NCBI GenBank assembly: GCA_041649575.1
Contig: JBAZMW010000003.1
Location: forward strand, 30,001-62,000
DNA: 32,000 nucleotides
Reading direction: 5' to 3'
Origin: Patescibacteria group bacterium
Lineage (GTDB): Bacteria; Patescibacteriota; Patescibacteriia; 2-01-FULL-39-33
The notes under the pieces were generated by a model that worked only from the letters and a program-made list of their open reading frames with translations, was not told where the DNA came from and made no database searches. A program made the translations under genes and the position numbers. Positions within the stretch are counted from its first letter, which is position 1. Every line of letters begins with the position of its first letter. Below are positions 30,791-32,000 of this stretch, one piece after another.

Positions 30791-31312
30791 TTATCGAAAT
30801 GTCCACCCACGTTCTTTTGATAATCCTAATAGATCCAAACATCCAACATTATAAGATGAGTCCTTACAAATATTAGGAATGGTCCATTTTGAGGGTTTAA
30901 GACTGACCGTATAGCGTTCTTCGGTAATAATTTTTAATCCTTCATGTTTTGCCTGAGCGATTAGCCAAGGATCTGCATGCACTGAACCGATCTTTGCGTT
31001 AACAAAAGATGAAAATTTTGGTGACATGGTACGTAAAATTTTACCTTCCGCAATTAAATTATAATCCTGAAAAATACTTTTATTTTTTTGTGCCCAATCA
31101 TACAATTCTATACCTTTCTTACCGTCAGTTTTTATCTCTAATAGAACTTCAACATGAGAAATAATTATTCCCTGTTTAATTAAATCTAAAACATTTGCCC
31201 AAAGTCCCGGAGTAACTTCTTTTGATGACCATCCTGTGCCATTAAAAATATCCATCAATGAACTACTATCGATGGTGTATTCAGCAGGCTTTGAAAAAAG
31301 GTCATTAATCAT
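30791..31312 (-). CDS. DUF4411 (PIN-like) family protein
   Basis: YTIDSSSLMDIFNG...PGLWANVLDLIKQGIIISHVEVLLEI...SVHADPWLIAQAKHEGLKIITEE matches my recollection of DUF4411. It overlaps the upstream ImmA-like gene by 8 nt. Confidence 0.6.
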   Translation of the reverse strand: MINDLFSKPAEYTIDSSSLMDIFNGTGWSSKEVTPGLWANVLDLIKQGIIISHVEVLLEIKTDGKKGIELYDWAQKNKSIFQDYNLIAEGKILRTMSPKFSSFVNAKIGSVHADPWLIAQAKHEGLKIITEERYTVSLKPSKWTIPNICKDSSYNVGCLDLLGLSKERGWTFR

Positions 31313-32000
31313 AGGAATTTAAAACATCTCTAAATCCAGAAATATACCTTCTTTTTAAACCAAGATAATCAGAGACTGTTGAGTAAGAAATTTTATTGTG
31401 ACTATAGGCCTCAATCACTAAAGAGCTAAAAGATTTTCCATTTTTTTGAACAATTGTTTTTAATGAAAAACTGCCACCCGCTTTTCGTTTTGGCATTAAT
31501 GATTTATCCCAAGTTTCAACTTTATCTAAATATATTGATTTTTCAATCAACTTAAAAAATAACATTCTCCTCAATATAACCACTCTACTAACCTTAAAAT
31601 CTATGGCTAATTTTCTGACAATCGAATCAAGATCGTCCGAACTAATCTTATTAATATTTCGTAACAAATAATGATTTAAAAAATCATCCTCGGGAACTAA
31701 AAAATTTGCTGCGAATTTATTACAAAATATTTCGACTTTATTAACGTGACCGTCAACATCATCAAATATTTTAAAATTATTACATAATCCAGTCTCACGT
31801 AATAAAATATGTGCAAACTCATGAGCTAAAGAAAAATTTTTAGCACCCTCATAGTCTTTATTATTTATTAAAATCACATATGGCTTTAAATCAGCGAAAG
31901 AAAAAGCCCTATAGTCCTCCGTGGGGAAAGTATCGTGCAGAACCGCCTTTAAAGTGATCACTCCCGTTGCTTCAATCTTTGACCTAAGGTACTCAAAAAA
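31305..32000 (-). CDS. ImmA/IrrE-family (M78) zinc metallopeptidase; the 5' end runs off the window
   Basis: The HExxH motif is in FSLAHEFAHILLRE. The frame stays open upstream of the track's GTG at 31961 to the window edge (FFEYLRSKIEATG...), so the CDS is partial. Confidence 0.7.
   Translation of the reverse strand, partial: FFEYLRSKIEATGVITLKAVLHDTFPTEDYRAFSFADLKPYVILINNKDYEGAKNFSLAHEFAHILLRETGLCNNFKIFDDVDGHVNKVEIFCNKFAANFLVPEDDFLNHYLLRNINKISSDDLDSIVRKLAIDFKVSRVVILRRMLFFKLIEKSIYLDKVETWDKSLMPKRKAGGSFSLKTIVQKNGKSFSSLVIEAYSHNKISYSTVSDYLGLKRRYISGFRDVLNSYD

Noticed and set aside
1-32000. Search for CRISPR arrays, rRNA, IS/transposase genes, integron attC arrays and long tandem repeats
   Set aside because: I saw no regularly spaced direct repeats, no rRNA-like conserved blocks and no DDE or other transposase-like ORFs. 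The only recombinase is the serine integrase at 29435..30754. The island-flanking hairpins look like ordinary terminators, not attC sites.

Overview
This 32-kb window looks like a small, AT-leaning bacterial genome. Its native genes mostly lack Shine-Dalgarno sites and encode many secreted or anchored hypothetical proteins. The style is reminiscent of Patescibacteria/CPR, but that is inference only; I had no database access. Backbone genes I can support: rarA (5' part, minus strand, missing from the ORF track), uppS, tRNA-Pro(CGG), a SpoU-type methyltransferase, a GT28/MGDG-synthase-like glycosyltransferase, HU, a UvrD/PcrA helicase, a 1013-aa M23 peptidase/beta-helix protein, an S11 D-Ala-D-Ala carboxypeptidase and several envelope hypotheticals. 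Three things stand out. (1) Four short GC-rich islands (about 330-1710, 6700-8000, 12420-14210, 19735-20970) interrupt the backbone. Each is a self-contained cassette with a near-consensus sigma70 promoter, a strong SD on every CDS and a GC-rich hairpin terminator. They encode small multi-pass membrane proteins, an MFS transporter preceded by a leader-ORF/terminator/anti-SD arrangement, a triple zinc-ribbon protein and a PilT-like ATPase with degenerate catalytic motifs. (2) From about 23.0 to 30.8 kb lies a very AT-rich prophage-remnant or satellite-like element. It has a LexA/CI-type repressor with a divergent leaderless switch, a ParB-DNA methyltransferase fusion, TerS, TerL and a large serine recombinase, but no virion structural genes. 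(3) The repressor operon of that element carries a minimal TIR-like protein translationally coupled to a caspase-like (C14) protease, plus a DUF3606-like gene. This is a candidate TIR-caspase defence module resembling type IV Thoeris. An ImmA/IrrE-DUF4411 pair follows at the right edge. I saw no rRNA, CRISPR array or transposase. All domain calls rest on motifs read by eye and need profile or structure searches.
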